The translations under genes and the position numbers were made by a program. A stretch of 24,000 nt of DNA, from NCBI GenBank assembly GCA_000830295.1, contig CP010425.1:214033-238032 (forward strand). Reading direction: 5' to 3'. The notes under the pieces were generated by a model. It ran no database searches, was not told the origin of the DNA, and saw nothing but the letters and a program-made list of their open reading frames with translations. Shown piece after piece: positions 22,941 to 24,000 of the stretch; position 1 is the stretch's first letter, and each line of letters opens with the position of its first letter. The stretch is from an archaeon GW2011_AR15. GTDB taxonomy: Archaea; Nanobdellota; Nanobdellia; Woesearchaeales; GW2011-AR15.

Positions 22941-23822
22941 ATGGATGAGAGGGAGAAATATATTGAGGCCGGAAGGATAGCAGGCACTGCACTGAAATAT
23001 GGGGGGAATATGATAAAAGTCGGAGCTTCCATGCTAGAAGTGACTGAAAAAGTCGAGGAAAAGGTTCTGGACCTTGGCGGAGAGTTCGCTTTCCCTCCGC
23101 AGATTTCACTTAATGAGATTGCTGCACACTACTGTGCAGAGCCGGATGACAAAATAGTTTTCAGAAAAGGGGATGTTGCAAAGCTTGACGTGGGCGTGAT
23201 GATAGACGGATATATCGGGGATAATGCGCTTACTGTTGATTTAGGTGACAATGAAAAGATTGTGAAAGCCGCCAGGGAAGGGCTGAACAATGCCCTGAAG
23301 CTTGTAGGTCCGGGAGTGGCAATTTCAGATATCGGGAGGGCAATACAGGACACAATAACAAAATACGGCTTTGCTCCTGTGAGGAACCTTTCAGGCCACG
23401 CCCTCAGCCAGTATGTGTATCATGATTCCCCGAGCATCCCGAATTTTGACACAGGGGACAAGACAAGACTGGAAAGGGGTATGGTGATTGCAATAGAGCC
23501 TTTCGCATCTACGGGAGCAGGCATAATATTTGAGAGCTCCAATGCAAATATATTCTCAATGAAGCAGAAAAAGCCTGTCAGGAACATGATAACAAGGCAG
23601 GTGCTGAAAGAGATAGAATCATTCAAAGATATGCCCTTCACAACAAGGTGGCTGACAAAAAAATTCCCAGAGCCGAAAGTCAATTTTGCGCTGAGGGAGC
23701 TAATGCAGCAGGATATGCTGAACAGCTATCCTCCTCTTCCTGACAGGGACGGAGGATTAGTGAGCCAGGCAGAGCACACGGTAATTGTGGATGATGATCC
23801 TATAATCACAACTAAGATTTAA
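22941..23822 (+). CDS. map: Methionine aminopeptidase, type 2 (archaeal)
   Basis: 293 aa. It shows pita-bread fold metal-ligand contexts (AHYCAEPDD, KLDVGVMIDGYIGDNALTV, LSGHAL, IAIEPF, AQAEHTVIV) and the type-2 helical insert. Confidence 0.9.
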   Translation: MDEREKYIEAGRIAGTALKYGGNMIKVGASMLEVTEKVEEKVLDLGGEFAFPPQISLNEIAAHYCAEPDDKIVFRKGDVAKLDVGVMIDGYIGDNALTVDLGDNEKIVKAAREGLNNALKLVGPGVAISDIGRAIQDTITKYGFAPVRNLSGHALSQYVYHDSPSIPNFDTGDKTRLERGMVIAIEPFASTGAGIIFESSNANIFSMKQKKPVRNMITRQVLKEIESFKDMPFTTRWLTKKFPEPKVNFALRELMQQDMLNSYPPLPDRDGGLVSQAEHTVIVDDDPIITTKI

Positions 23823-24000
23823 GCCTGGAGATTATTTTTTCTGTGCTGAGTGCTTCTTCTTTTCCGGATTTCATATCCCTGAGATTCAGCTTGCCGCTGG
23901 CCAATTCCCTTTCCCCGACTATAAGGGCATAAGGTATGCCATAGGAATTCGCAAATGCAAGGTTTTTGCTTATGCCCCTGTTAAGAAGGTCGATGTCCGT
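23812..24000 (-). CDS. hisS: 3' end (62 codons) of a class II aminoacyl-tRNA synthetase, most like the histidyl-tRNA synthetase anticodon-binding domain
   Basis: My hand translation of the minus strand is TDIDLLNRGISKNLAFANSYGIPYALIVGERELASGKLNLRDMKSGKEEALSTEKIISRLKS followed by a stop. The pattern ...A...G..Y..I.GE.EL..G...L.DM.SG is HisRS-like. The frame is open to the window edge. It overlaps the map 3' end by 11 nt. Confidence 0.55.
   Translation of the reverse strand, partial: TDIDLLNRGISKNLAFANSYGIPYALIVGERELASGKLNLRDMKSGKEEALSTEKIISRLKS

Overview
This is a compact archaeal chromosomal segment, about 90% coding, with about 36 supportable genes. The archaeal assignment rests on several genes: ribosomal proteins eS1 (S3Ae) and eL43 (L37Ae), RNA polymerase subunit P, KEOPS Pcc1, prefoldin beta, UPF0147, RNase P protein Rpp21, a class I CCA-adding enzyme, type 2 MetAP and an intron-containing tRNA-Gln(CUG). 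The window also holds gyrB, pcm, a DHH phosphoesterase, an ArsR-permease pair, HAD and alpha/beta hydrolases, a short MscS-like channel and the 3' end of a HisRS-like gene. A/T-rich TATA-like boxes sit about 25-35 nt upstream of many ATGs, which suggests leaderless or short-leader mRNAs. Several co-directional genes overlap by ATGA, and four convergent gene pairs overlap at their stop codons. This compactness would fit a small-genome (DPANN-like) archaeon, but lineage cannot be established from this window. No transposase, integrase, CRISPR array or rRNA was seen. The most interesting content is cell-envelope related. (1) Three minus-strand genes (a VKOR-partner-type thioredoxin, a zinc-ribbon protein with a Lys/Ala tail, and a tandem double-CxxC DsbA) are divergently paired with a 1208-aa surface protein. 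That protein is cysteine-rich, has about 48 N-glycosylation sequons and carries internal 540-nt tandem repeats. (2) An 86-aa lipoprotein has a Kazal-type protease-inhibitor core whose reactive loop (CTMEY) is close to ovomucoid third domain. (3) A DedA and polyprenol-kinase pair, plus a divergent-PAP2 gene, may recycle the glycosylation lipid carrier. (4) A truncated Dph2 ORF is translationally coupled to the DHH gene. (5) A structured inverted-repeat element and two unannotated small ORFs lie at 8.7-9.13 kb. All family assignments come from motif recognition by eye and need HMM or structure confirmation.
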